Assembly: GCA_963776735.1 (NCBI GenBank)
Contig: CAVZNV010000023.1
Span: 15,080-79,079, forward strand
Direction of reading: 5' to 3'
Origin: an uncultured Actinomycetes bacterium
GTDB lineage: Bacteria; Actinomycetota; Thermoleophilia; Gaiellales; Gaiellaceae
DNA: 64,000 nucleotides
A model generated the notes under the pieces. It saw nothing but the letters and a program-made list of their open reading frames with translations. It was not told the DNA's origin and ran no database searches. The stretch's first letter is position 1. Each line of letters starts with the position of its first letter. Below, one piece after another: positions 54,030 through 62,798 of the stretch. A program made the translations under genes and the position numbers.

Positions 54030-54626
54030 CTATGGGGCGGTCGCGCAGTAGGCGCTCGCCTCCGCCGTGCCAGAGATCGACCCTGACGGGTTGTAGAACT
54101 GCACCTCCCAGGTCCTGAGCGACGGCCGGTATGAGACCGTCGCAACAACAGGCGCGGCCCCGTCGAAATGGGTTACGAAGTAGCCGCCTGAAACAACGAT
54201 CGTTCCGACAGGGCACCTTGCCTGCGCGTCCACGAGGGTCTGCGGCGGGACGCTCACGGATTGACTGAAGACGTCGGTTGTGTCGAGGGAGGAGGAGCCT
54301 GTCGGACCGGTCGCACCCTTCGTCCCGGTAGCACCCTTCGGGCCTGTAGAGCCGGTCGGTCCATGCGCGCCGGTCGGGCCGGTCTGATTCCAGTTCAGCG
54401 GCGTCTCCCAGGACGCACAGTTCCCGTTCGGCCTGGAGGTGTCGATCACCCGCAACGCCCCGGTCGGGTTGCCGTGCGCGAGGCTGGTGTTGTAACAGCC
54501 CTGGATCACCCCGCTCACGTCCGGGATGCTCGCCTGTACCGCCGAGGCGATCCCGAACAATGCTCCGCCGACGGCGAACGCCAGCACAAGCCGCCCGCCT
54601 CGACTCAACCGTCGAAGTCTGTGCAT
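54030..54626 (-). CDS. secreted protein with collagen-like G-x-y repeats
   Basis: ATG at 54626 (MHRLRRLSRGGRLVLAFAVGGALFGIASAVQA signal peptide). GPTGAHGPTGSTGPKGATGTKGATGPTG triplet run, then a Cys-containing C-terminal domain. Confidence 0.65.
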   Translation of the reverse strand: MHRLRRLSRGGRLVLAFAVGGALFGIASAVQASIPDVSGVIQGCYNTSLAHGNPTGALRVIDTSRPNGNCASWETPLNWNQTGPTGAHGPTGSTGPKGATGTKGATGPTGSSSLDTTDVFSQSVSVPPQTLVDAQARCPVGTIVVSGGYFVTHFDGAAPVVATVSYRPSLRTWEVQFYNPSGSISGTAEASAYCATAP

Positions 54627-55628
54627 ACCAGTCCCCCTCTCCACCTTCGATCCGTACTCCGTTGCACCGTCTCGAACTGAGCCTCGGCGCCTTCGGCGAG
54701 GGAACGCACGAGCTGTGAGGCGGGCAGGACGGTGTTGACGAGGGCGACGGATTCGCCTGCATACATGCACATCGCCTCGATGTGACCCGCTGACGTCTCG
54801 GGTCGGCGGTATCCAGGAGCGGCGCGGCACGGGCATCTCCCCGTCGGCGCCCTGCATCGTCCCGACCACGTCGACGTCGATCGCCTCCACAGCATCGATC
54901 GCCGAGATGAGCACCCGCGCGCGCGGCGATGACGCGCACAGCGGACAGTCGTCGAACGCGTCGGTGATGCGCGTGCTGTTCGCGCCTGCCGCGAGAATCG
55001 CGGCGACGTAGTCGGAATGCGCTGCCGATTCCTCTGTGGCGATGAACCGCGTCCCCATCCGCACGCCCGAGGCTCCCGCAGCGAGAGCGGCGGCGACGCC
55101 GCGGGCGTCCGCGATGCCTCCGGCGGCAAGGACGGGCACGTCGACGGCGTCGAGCACCTCGCAGAGCAGCGGCAGCAGGGGGGTGTCGCCGCGACAGTGA
55201 CCGCCGGCCTCGACACCCTGGGCGCTGACCATGTCGGCGCCCGCCCGGGCCGCGGCTCGCGCCTCCCCCACCGATCCGACCTGCCAGTTGACCAGCGCTC
55301 CACCCCTGTGGGCGAGGTCGACCAGATCCGGCCGGGGGTCGCTCCAGAAGAAGTCGACGATGCGCACACGCGATGCGGCATCCGCGACGGCGTCGTCGTC
55401 GATGTCGTCGGTGAGGAAGCTCACCGCGAGCACGCCGTCGGTCTGCTCACGCATCTCGTCGAGACGCTGCCTGAGGGCTTTCCGCGCAACGCCGAGGGTA
55501 TTGATCGAGCCGATGCCCCCGGCCTCGGCGACGGCGACCGCGAGGCGCGGCGAGGAGACCGTGCCCATCGGAGCCTGCTGGATGGGCGCCGTGCATCCGA
55601 CGAGATCCGTGAGGCGCGTCCGAATCAT
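54605..55628 (-). pseudogene. nitronate monooxygenase (NMO/2-nitropropane dioxygenase family), frame broken near 54784-54792 as assembled
   Basis: MIRTRLTDLVGCTAPIQQAPMG...AAGGIADARG...MGTRF are in one frame. The conserved C-terminus GHIEAMCMYAGESVALVNTVLPASQLV is in another. Confidence 0.75.
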
Positions 55629-55795
55629 CCTGTCCGTGTCTCCCCGCGTGCCCGTGCACGGCCGGCACCAGACAGCCCGGTCGCGCGCTTCGGCCTTACC
55701 GACATCCCAGCCTCCCACGATCACTCACGACGGCCACCGCACAAGCTTCCCCGCCGAGCAGTGAACGCGCCTCGGGAGAACTGCCGATCTTTCGG

Positions 55796-57343
55796 TCAGA
55801 CGAGCCCGTGCTCGGTGGCGAAGAGGCTCGCGCCGACGCGATTGGACGCGCCGATCTTCGTGTAGATGTGCTCGATGTGCGTGCTGACGGTCTTCGGCGT
55901 GATCACGAGCTCCTTTGCGATCTGCTTGGTCGGCAGTCCGCGCGCGAGCAGCCGCAGCACCTCGATCTCGCGCGCGGTCAGGCCGGCGGCCTGCTCCGGC
56001 CGCTTCGTGACCTTGTGCCCCGCCGCCTGCAGGACCGCGGCGGCCGCGTTCGCGTCGATCCTCCCCGCGTGCACTTCGGCGCGCAGCTGCGCGCCGGCCT
56101 CGGCGCCGGAACGGCCGTCGCGGTGCGGCCGCGGCTCGGTCATCGCCTGGTAGACGTCGGCCGCGGCGAGGATCCGCGCGCTCGGCGAGAGCGCGTCCCC
56201 GCGCAGCCCGCGTGGATAGCCGGAGCCGTCCACGCGCTCCTGATGCGAGGAGGCGAGCGGCGCGAGGACTGCGAGCTTCGGCGACCTCGACAGCATCCGC
56301 TCCGTCAAGTACGGCGCCAGGCGGATCCGCTCCTGCTCGGACGCCGACAGCGGATCGCGCTTGTCCCAGATCGCGTTCGAGATCCCGAGGCGCCCGAGGT
56401 CATGCAGCAGGCCGGCGCGCCGCACGAGCTCGACCTCCTCCGCCGGCAGCCTCGCCACGCTCGCGGCCTCGGCCGCGAGGTCCGCCACGGCGCGGGAGTG
56501 CCCGAGCGTGTACGGCGACTTGAGGTCGATGAAGTCCGCGATCGCCTCCAGCGCGGCCGTCACCTGCTCGTCGGACAGCGGTGTGTTGAGCGCGGGCTGC
56601 GCCGTGAGGACGTCCCAGCTGAGCGCCGAGTCGAGCGGCGCGAGTACCTCGGCCGCGTGCGCGCAGAACAGATCGACGATCTCGGGATCGAATTGCGTGC
56701 CGCGCCGCGCCCTGGCCATCTCGACCGCCGCCTCGACGCCGCCCTCGCGGTGGTAGACCTCGGCGGTGTCGGACAGATGCACGATCCGGACCGCAAGCCC
56801 GATCTCCTCGCCTGATGCCGCGCCGGGGTCGCCCTGGCCGTCCCAGCGCTCGAACATCTGCAGCAGCGCCGGCCGGATGTCGTCGCGCAGGCCGAGACGA
56901 AGCGCGAGCTCGCCGGCGAGCCGGCAGTGGCTGGCGCGCATGCCGACCGTCAACTCTTGCCCGACCGTCACGAACTCCGCCAAACGCCGCGCCCGCTGGA
57001 CCGGTGGGAGCCCCGAGCCGACGAGGCCCATGATCACGCGCTGCTGGGTCCGCGGCGTCCGATCGATCGCGTGCAACGCGGCGCGCCTTGCGATGTCGTC
57101 GCCGAACCAGTACGCCTGCTCGTAGGAGTCGGTGTGGCAGCCGACCCAGGCGAGCAGTGCGGTGAGAGAGACGAGCTCGGTGTCCACCGGGTCGAGCGGC
57201 GAGCGCTCCGCGAGCGCAACCGCGATCGTGCAAGACCGCAGCATGTGCTCCATCGACAGTCCGAGGCCGAGGTCGATCCCGAGAGAGAGCACGCCCAGCA
57301 GCTCGCCGACGCTCGCGCCTGAGCCCGGAGCAGCGGCCGCCAC
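55796..57343 (-). CDS. LuxR-family regulator with tandem HD-GYP-type domains
   Basis: First domain degenerate (FERWDGQGDP), second canonical (LLHDLGRL...HQERVDGSGYP). C-terminal LuxR HTH (LTAREIEVLRLLARGLPTKQIAKELVITPKTVSTHIEHIYTKIG). Confidence 0.8.
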   Translation of the reverse strand: MAAAAPGSGASVGELLGVLSLGIDLGLGLSMEHMLRSCTIAVALAERSPLDPVDTELVSLTALLAWVGCHTDSYEQAYWFGDDIARRAALHAIDRTPRTQQRVIMGLVGSGLPPVQRARRLAEFVTVGQELTVGMRASHCRLAGELALRLGLRDDIRPALLQMFERWDGQGDPGAASGEEIGLAVRIVHLSDTAEVYHREGGVEAAVEMARARRGTQFDPEIVDLFCAHAAEVLAPLDSALSWDVLTAQPALNTPLSDEQVTAALEAIADFIDLKSPYTLGHSRAVADLAAEAASVARLPAEEVELVRRAGLLHDLGRLGISNAIWDKRDPLSASEQERIRLAPYLTERMLSRSPKLAVLAPLASSHQERVDGSGYPRGLRGDALSPSARILAAADVYQAMTEPRPHRDGRSGAEAGAQLRAEVHAGRIDANAAAAVLQAAGHKVTKRPEQAAGLTAREIEVLRLLARGLPTKQIAKELVITPKTVSTHIEHIYTKIGASNRVGASLFATEHGLV

Positions 57344-57427
57344 GCGGCCAGTCTATCTCTCTGCCCGCGCCATCCTGGCCCGCGGGGGTTCAGATCGGCG
57401 GTGGAGCTGAGCGAGGAGGGATCGGAT

Positions 57428-58369
57428 TCACCGCAGCCTTGTCCACCAGCCGGACGCGAAGCTCCGCCAACCGGCAGAGCTCAACCCTGGCTTGAGGCTT
57501 CGAACGTGCCCCGTTGTCTTCCATCGCAAGGCGTCGCCGCGTGCCATGCCGGCGACTTCGATGCGGTTCTTGCCGAGCTGCTTCGCGCGCCGTTGCGCTT
57601 GCTGTGCGCGAGCGAGGAAGACGCGGGGCGACTCGCCGTGCCCGAGCGTCGCGACGCCGGCCGAGAAGGTGATGCGCCCGACAGCGACGATGGGCGCCTG
57701 GAGCTCGGCCAGCAGGCGTCTCGTCGTGCTCACGGCGTCCTCCGGATTCGCCTCCGGGAGCAGGACGACGAACTCGTCCCCTCGGTAGTGCGCGACGAGA
57801 GCGTCGACTCCCGGGAGCGCGCGGGCGAGGCGCGCGCCGGTCTCCGCCAGCACGTCGTCGCCGGCTCGCAAGCCGTGCGTGGCGTTGACCTCGCGGAGAT
57901 CGTCGCCGTCGAACACGATCAGCGAGAGCTGCGTGTCCGGCTCCCGGCGCCGCGCACGGTGCGTTCGCCTGACGTGCTGCTCGAGCGCTGCGAGGAAGGA
58001 CGGCTGGTTGGAGAGCATGGTCCTCGCATCGAGGGACGCCAGCGAGCCGTTCTGCGTCGGCCGCACGCCGGCCTGCGCCGCGTCGAACTCGTCCCGGCTC
58101 ACGATTCCCTCGTGCGTCCCGTCGCCCATGTAGACGGGATTTCGGATCAGCGCGGCAACCTCCGGCTTCGACCAGCGCTCACCCCCGGTGGTCGGGTGAA
58201 CGTCGCGCGCTGTCAGGAAGTCGGCCAGCTCAGCCCAGGACGCCCCGATCGCCCGCCTGCGGAACGCTTCTGCGATCTCGGACGCTTCGGGCTCGTCCCG
58301 CACCAGACGGCGCGAGCCGTTCCGCCGGTAACCGGCAGGGCTCCTGGCGATGTGACGAAGGACTCGCAT
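57428..58369 (-). CDS. chimeric ORF: large-serine-recombinase 'Recombinase' domain fragment fused to a GGDEF (RGDEF) domain
   Basis: About aa 10-105 (PAGYRR...LVRDEPEASEIAEAFRR..GASWAELADFL...ERWSKPEVAALIRNPVYMG...IVSRDEFDAAQ) match the LSR Recombinase domain. About aa 113-290 form a GGDEF fold (LSLIVFDGDDLREVNATHGLRAGDDVL...YRGDEFVVLL). Confidence 0.7.
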   Translation of the reverse strand: MRVLRHIARSPAGYRRNGSRRLVRDEPEASEIAEAFRRRAIGASWAELADFLTARDVHPTTGGERWSKPEVAALIRNPVYMGDGTHEGIVSRDEFDAAQAGVRPTQNGSLASLDARTMLSNQPSFLAALEQHVRRTHRARRREPDTQLSLIVFDGDDLREVNATHGLRAGDDVLAETGARLARALPGVDALVAHYRGDEFVVLLPEANPEDAVSTTRRLLAELQAPIVAVGRITFSAGVATLGHGESPRVFLARAQQAQRRAKQLGKNRIEVAGMARGDALRWKTTGHVRSLKPGLSSAGWRSFASGWWTRLR

Positions 58370-58487
58370 GTGCCGTCTGATTCGATCCGGTTGCGAGTCT
58401 CGGCCCCTGCCGGACGGAAGTCAAGGGTCGTGCAGCTCGAAAGCCCTGGAAACAGGGCTTTCGGCGCGCAGGCCGAACTCTCCGGAC

Positions 58488-59780
58488 GTGGCGACTGCTT
58501 CGCTTCTGCCTGCGATCGGCGGATACCGGCTCGACCGTGTCCTCCGGCACGACGAAACCGGAACGGTCTACCTCGCCGAGGAGATCGCTGCGCGCCGCTT
58601 CGTGTCGCTGAAGGTGGTCGCACCGGAGCTCGCCGGCGACGACCGCTTCCGCGCGCGCTTCCCCGGCGACTGCCTGCTCGTCGCCGAGGTCGACCACCCG
58701 GCCGTGCTGCCCGTCTTCGACGCCGGCACTGCCGACGGCACCGTCTGGGCGGCCTCGAAGTTCGTCGAGGCGACCGACCTCGGCACCGTCCTGGCCGACG
58801 GGCCGCTCACCGCCGAGCAGGCAGTCGCGGTCGTCGAGCAGGCCGCCGCCGCCCTGCACGCTGCGCACAGCTCAGGCGTCGTCCACCGCGGCTTTCGGCC
58901 CGCGGCCGTCCTCCTCGAGGCCGGCACGCACCGCACGCTCGTCACCGACTTCGGGATTCCCGGCGCGCTGGACGAATACGCAGCGCCGGAACGAATTGCC
59001 GGAGAGCGGCTCGATGGCCGCGCCGACGTCTACTCGCTCGGCCGGGTTCTCGCACGCTGCCTGCCGGACGAGGACTTCGAGACCGTCGTGCGGAAGGCCA
59101 CGGCCGACGATCCCGACGACCGTTTCACGACGACGGTCGAACTCGCGCGGGCGTGCCGGCGGGTGATCGCGTCACGTCCGGCCCCCGGCCCCGCACCGCC
59201 CGCTGTCCCCACGAAGCCGCGACGGCGCAGCCGGCGAACGCTGCTGCTGGTCGCCGCTGCCGGACTCGTGGTCGCGGCCGTCGCGGCGCTCGTCCTCACG
59301 ACGCACCACGGCAAGCACGCCCCGCCTGTCGCTGCGCCTCCGCCTCCGGCCCCGTCTCCGCCGTTCCGTCCGGTCATGCCTGCGCGGACGGCAACTGCGC
59401 TCGCCCTGACGCTGGCGCCGATCCCGACGACGCTGAACGGGCTCGCGGCGGCCGCTGCTGTCTCGCCGGAGCCGACCGTCGTCTACGACCGGGTCGCCGG
59501 CTCGGGCGACGGCGTTCGCTACCGCTCGACGCCGAACCACTGGTGCGGCTCCGGGCCGGGCAATCCCGTGCCGCAGAGCAACCCGTGCTGGCGCGACGTC
59601 CTGCCGGGTGCCGGCGCAGCCGACGGCCAGCTCGTGCGCGTCTACTGCTACGCCGCCGGGACCCCGGTGCACGGGGACTCGCTCTGGGCCAGAGTGCGGC
59701 TCCAGCCCGTCGAGTACGTCCCGGCCACGTTCCTCGCGGCGAGCAGCTCGCGTAAGCTCGCCGGCGTCGCGACCTGCTAG
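58488..59780 (+). CDS. membrane Ser/Thr pseudokinase with extracytoplasmic SH3b-like domain
   Basis: Kinase fold with VSLK, DFG and APE, but no Gly-rich loop and HRG in place of HRD. One TM helix. C-terminal GQLVRVYCYAAGTPVHGDSLWARV is SH3b-like. GTG 58488 proposed. Confidence 0.7.
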   Translation: MATASLLPAIGGYRLDRVLRHDETGTVYLAEEIAARRFVSLKVVAPELAGDDRFRARFPGDCLLVAEVDHPAVLPVFDAGTADGTVWAASKFVEATDLGTVLADGPLTAEQAVAVVEQAAAALHAAHSSGVVHRGFRPAAVLLEAGTHRTLVTDFGIPGALDEYAAPERIAGERLDGRADVYSLGRVLARCLPDEDFETVVRKATADDPDDRFTTTVELARACRRVIASRPAPGPAPPAVPTKPRRRSRRTLLLVAAAGLVVAAVAALVLTTHHGKHAPPVAAPPPPAPSPPFRPVMPARTATALALTLAPIPTTLNGLAAAAAVSPEPTVVYDRVAGSGDGVRYRSTPNHWCGSGPGNPVPQSNPCWRDVLPGAGAADGQLVRVYCYAAGTPVHGDSLWARVRLQPVEYVPATFLAASSSRKLAGVATC

Positions 59781-60040
59781 AAGCGGCCGGCGGCGTGCGG
59801 CGGCTCGCGATGCCCGCAGAGGTCGCACACCCACTGGTCGTAGGTGATCGCGCGCTCCCACCCGCCGATACCGCCTGGATGGACGACGCGGCGCTGGTCG
59901 ATCCGCACCTGGTGGATCCGCATCTCGTGCCCCCGCGGGCACAGATGCTCGGAGCCCCGGCTTGTCCGCTTCGCCTGCACGAAGAGTGAAACGGCTGTCG
60001 CGAAGTCCGGTTGTTGAGCACGCGTAAGGTTCTCGTTCAC
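59777..60040 (-). CDS. small hypothetical Cys/His-containing protein
   Basis: 87-codon ORF filling the gap, with C/H pairs (CPRGH...CDLCGH). 4-nt convergent overlap with the pseudokinase gene. Weak support. Confidence 0.3.
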   Translation of the reverse strand: MNENLTRAQQPDFATAVSLFVQAKRTSRGSEHLCPRGHEMRIHQVRIDQRRVVHPGGIGGWERAITYDQWVCDLCGHREPPHAAGRF

Positions 60041-60069
60041 CGCGGTTAACCCGCGACTAGCCTCTCGGC

Positions 60070-61305
60070 GTGCCCAGCCGCGCGACGGATCCGACCGGCC
60101 CCGCCGCCGCGTGGCGGCTCATGCGGACCCGCGACTTCGGGCCGTACTTCGCCGGCAACGCGCTCTCCGGCAGCGGCACGTGGTTCCAGAACCTCGCCGC
60201 GTCGCTCCTTGTCTACCGGCTCACGCACTCGCCGTTCCTGCTCGGCGTGCTGAACGTGGCGCAGTTCGCCCCCGTGCTGCTGCTCGCGCCTTGGACGGGC
60301 CTCGCCGCCGACCGCTTCGACCGACGCCGGCTCCTGCTCGTCACGCAGATCGCGGCAGCGGTTCTCAGCGGAATGCTCGCGCTGCTCGCCTGGGCAGGCC
60401 TGGCGCCGGTCTGGGTCGTGATCGTGTTCGCACTCGCGCTCGGCGTCTCGAGTGCCTACTCGGCACCGGCGTCGGGCGCGCTCGTCGGCCAACTCGTCGA
60501 CCGCCACGACCTGCCGACCGCGGTCGCCCTGAACTCGATGACGTACAACCTGGCGCGGGCCGTCGGCCCGGTGTTGGCAGCCGTGGCTGTGCACACCCTC
60601 GGCATTCCCGCCGCCTTCGGCATCAACAGCGCCTCGTATCTCGCACTCGTGGCGGGGCTGCTCGTCGTGCGGGCGCGGCCGCAGGTGGCGGTGCCGCGGG
60701 AGGAATCACGGTTGAGGGCGAGCCTGCGCTTCGTCTGGGAGCGCCCTCGCCTCCTCGCCCTCCTGCTCGTGATCGCCGCCGTCGGCTTCGCCTCCGATCC
60801 GGTGAACACCGAGGCGCCTGCGTTCGCCCACGCATTCGGCGAGATGGATACGAAGGCCGGCTTCCTGATCGGGATCTTCGGCGCCGGAGCGGTGCTCGCC
60901 GCGTTCACGCTGGCCGGGCGCGTCGCAGGCTCGCCGAGCCGTATGGCGGCGACGCTGATCATGCTCGGCGGGGGGATCGTGGCGCTCGCGCTCTCGCCCT
61001 GGCTCTGGCTCGCGTATGTCGTCCTTTTCGTGGCCGGCTTCGGCTACCTCGCGTCGAACACGTCGGCAACGGCTCGGCTCCAGCTCGGCGTCGAAGAGGC
61101 GCAGCGAGGCCGGATCATGGCCCTCTGGAGCGTTGCCTTCCTCGGCCTGCGGCCGCTCGCGAGCCTCGTCGACGGGACGCTCGCCGGAGCCTTCGGCGTG
61201 CGCGTGGCCGGCGTCTGCCTCGCGCTTCCGGCCCTGGCCGCCGCGGCTGTGATCCTCCGACTTCGTGACCGGCCCCTACGCGAAGAGCAACCGGCTCGCG
61301 CCTAG
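60070..61305 (+). CDS. MFS transporter
   Basis: Twelve TM helices. DRFDRRRLL motif between TM2 and TM3, typical of MFS (EntS/MFS_3-like). Confidence 0.8.
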   Translation: MPSRATDPTGPAAAWRLMRTRDFGPYFAGNALSGSGTWFQNLAASLLVYRLTHSPFLLGVLNVAQFAPVLLLAPWTGLAADRFDRRRLLLVTQIAAAVLSGMLALLAWAGLAPVWVVIVFALALGVSSAYSAPASGALVGQLVDRHDLPTAVALNSMTYNLARAVGPVLAAVAVHTLGIPAAFGINSASYLALVAGLLVVRARPQVAVPREESRLRASLRFVWERPRLLALLLVIAAVGFASDPVNTEAPAFAHAFGEMDTKAGFLIGIFGAGAVLAAFTLAGRVAGSPSRMAATLIMLGGGIVALALSPWLWLAYVVLFVAGFGYLASNTSATARLQLGVEEAQRGRIMALWSVAFLGLRPLASLVDGTLAGAFGVRVAGVCLALPALAAAAVILRLRDRPLREEQPARA

Positions 61306-61339
61306 ATGAGTGATGCCACGAGATCGTGGCGTCACCCAT

Positions 61340-62680
61340 CTAGGTCGTCGCGGGCCGTCCGAAGCGGGCGCGGGCGGCCGCGAGGAACCAGGCCACGTCG
61401 CTGCGGCGGGGAAGCAGGTCAGACGGCCTCGCACCGAGGGCCCGGACGAAGAGCGCCGCCATCACCAGGCCGCCCGCGGTGTAGGACACCATCGACGCGA
61501 GCGAGGCGCCGAGATCCGCGTGCGACGGGATCAGGACGATGTCGGTGACCGCCGTGACGGCGAAGGCGACGAGGATGCCTGCCGTCTCGAGCCAGGGCTT
61601 GTTCTGTGACGTCAGGGCGGTGCCCAGCTGCTTGATCGCCGCAATCCCGAAGGCGCCGAGGGCGAGGATGCGGAGATCGCGGATCGAGCCGTGGAAGTCG
61701 CTGCCGAAGATCGTGACGCAGAGGAACGGCGCGGCGGCGATCAGGAAGACGGCCGAGACGAGGGTGAGCAGCGTGCCGGCCCGGAAGCCGATCGACGCCT
61801 GACGCGACGCCTCCTTCCCGTCCGCACGGACGAGGTCGGGCCGCTGGACGTTCGCGACCGCGTTCGGCAGGAAGAACAGCACCTCCGACCAGGCCACGGC
61901 GACGCTGTACAGGCCGAGGGAGCGAGCGCCCGAGACGGCGCCCAGGATCCACTGGTCGAGGCGGTAGTTCCCGACCATGCCGATCTGGCCCGCATGGGTC
62001 TTCAGACCGAAGCCCACCATGCGTTTGGCCAGGCGCCGGTCCGCGCGGCCGAAGCTGCCGAGACGGGCGTGGACGTACCAGATCAGGACGACCAGGCCGG
62101 CCCACTGGCCGGCCGACCAGGCGATGACCGCACCGCGAACGCTGAGATGCCCGGTGGAGGCCAGGGTGAGGTTCGTCAGCGCGTTGAAGATCGGCCCGAG
62201 GAGGACGACGATGTTGGCGACCGCGAAGCGGTACTCGACCATCGCGAGCATGTAGAGGTAGTACGCGAGGATCAGCCCCGGCACCGTCCCGAGGGCGATC
62301 CAGCGGGTCGTCGGGTCGACGTGGCCGCCGATCGCCGGGAACAGCTGGATCAGGACGGTGATGACGACCATCGAGAGGCAGCCGAGCACCAGCGAGATCG
62401 CGACCGACGTTCCCGCGAGCGACGGCAGCAGCTTGCGGTCGCGACCGCCGAAGTTCATCACAGCGGTCTGGACGCCCAGATTGGAGAGCTGCGAGACGAA
62501 CATGGCCATGGTCAGGACGAACGCGACCTCGCCGCGGCCCGCGGGACCGAGCGCCCGCGAGACGATCAGGACGTTCACGAGGCCCAGGGCGGCGCCGGCG
62601 ACCTGCTGGCCGTACGTGCCGATCATGTTCAGGATCGGCGAGCGCCGTTTCGGCACGCCTGCGCCGGGGTCTCGACCCAT
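61340..62680 (-). CDS. polysaccharide/oligosaccharide flippase (MOP/Wzx-like)
   Basis: About 12-14 TM helices. The N-terminal pattern (VAGAALGLVNVLIVSRALGPAGRGEVAF) is typical of polysaccharide biosynthesis flippases. Confidence 0.8.
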   Translation of the reverse strand: MGRDPGAGVPKRRSPILNMIGTYGQQVAGAALGLVNVLIVSRALGPAGRGEVAFVLTMAMFVSQLSNLGVQTAVMNFGGRDRKLLPSLAGTSVAISLVLGCLSMVVITVLIQLFPAIGGHVDPTTRWIALGTVPGLILAYYLYMLAMVEYRFAVANIVVLLGPIFNALTNLTLASTGHLSVRGAVIAWSAGQWAGLVVLIWYVHARLGSFGRADRRLAKRMVGFGLKTHAGQIGMVGNYRLDQWILGAVSGARSLGLYSVAVAWSEVLFFLPNAVANVQRPDLVRADGKEASRQASIGFRAGTLLTLVSAVFLIAAAPFLCVTIFGSDFHGSIRDLRILALGAFGIAAIKQLGTALTSQNKPWLETAGILVAFAVTAVTDIVLIPSHADLGASLASMVSYTAGGLVMAALFVRALGARPSDLLPRRSDVAWFLAAARARFGRPATT

Positions 62681-62798
62681 GGACTCATCTTCGGCTCGAA
62701 TCGGGCTCCTCTCAAGGGGTTGCGACGTTCACCCAATTGACTCATAACGAGACGAGACCCCGAAACTCACCCGGCACGGGGCCAAACCAGGGAGACGC

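Noticed and set aside
54030-55724. 564-aa ORF as a genuine NMO-collagen fusion protein
   Set aside because: The middle section is nonsense, and the true NMO C-terminus is in the adjacent frame. The collagen-like protein has its own ATG and signal peptide at 54626. The fusion is a by-product of a 1-nt frame break.
57401-59755. 784-aa plus-strand ORF spanning the RGDEF and pseudokinase loci
   Set aside because: The translation is a long Arg/Pro/Ala-rich string without domains. Other frames and strands carry recognisable Recombinase, GGDEF and kinase-like domains.
54004-59800. A complete genomic island integrated at tRNA-Ala
   Set aside because: The content looks accessory (collagen-like protein, recombinase fragment, signalling genes). 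By eye I found no second copy of the tRNA-Ala 3' end or any other flanking direct repeat, so boundaries cannot be supported.
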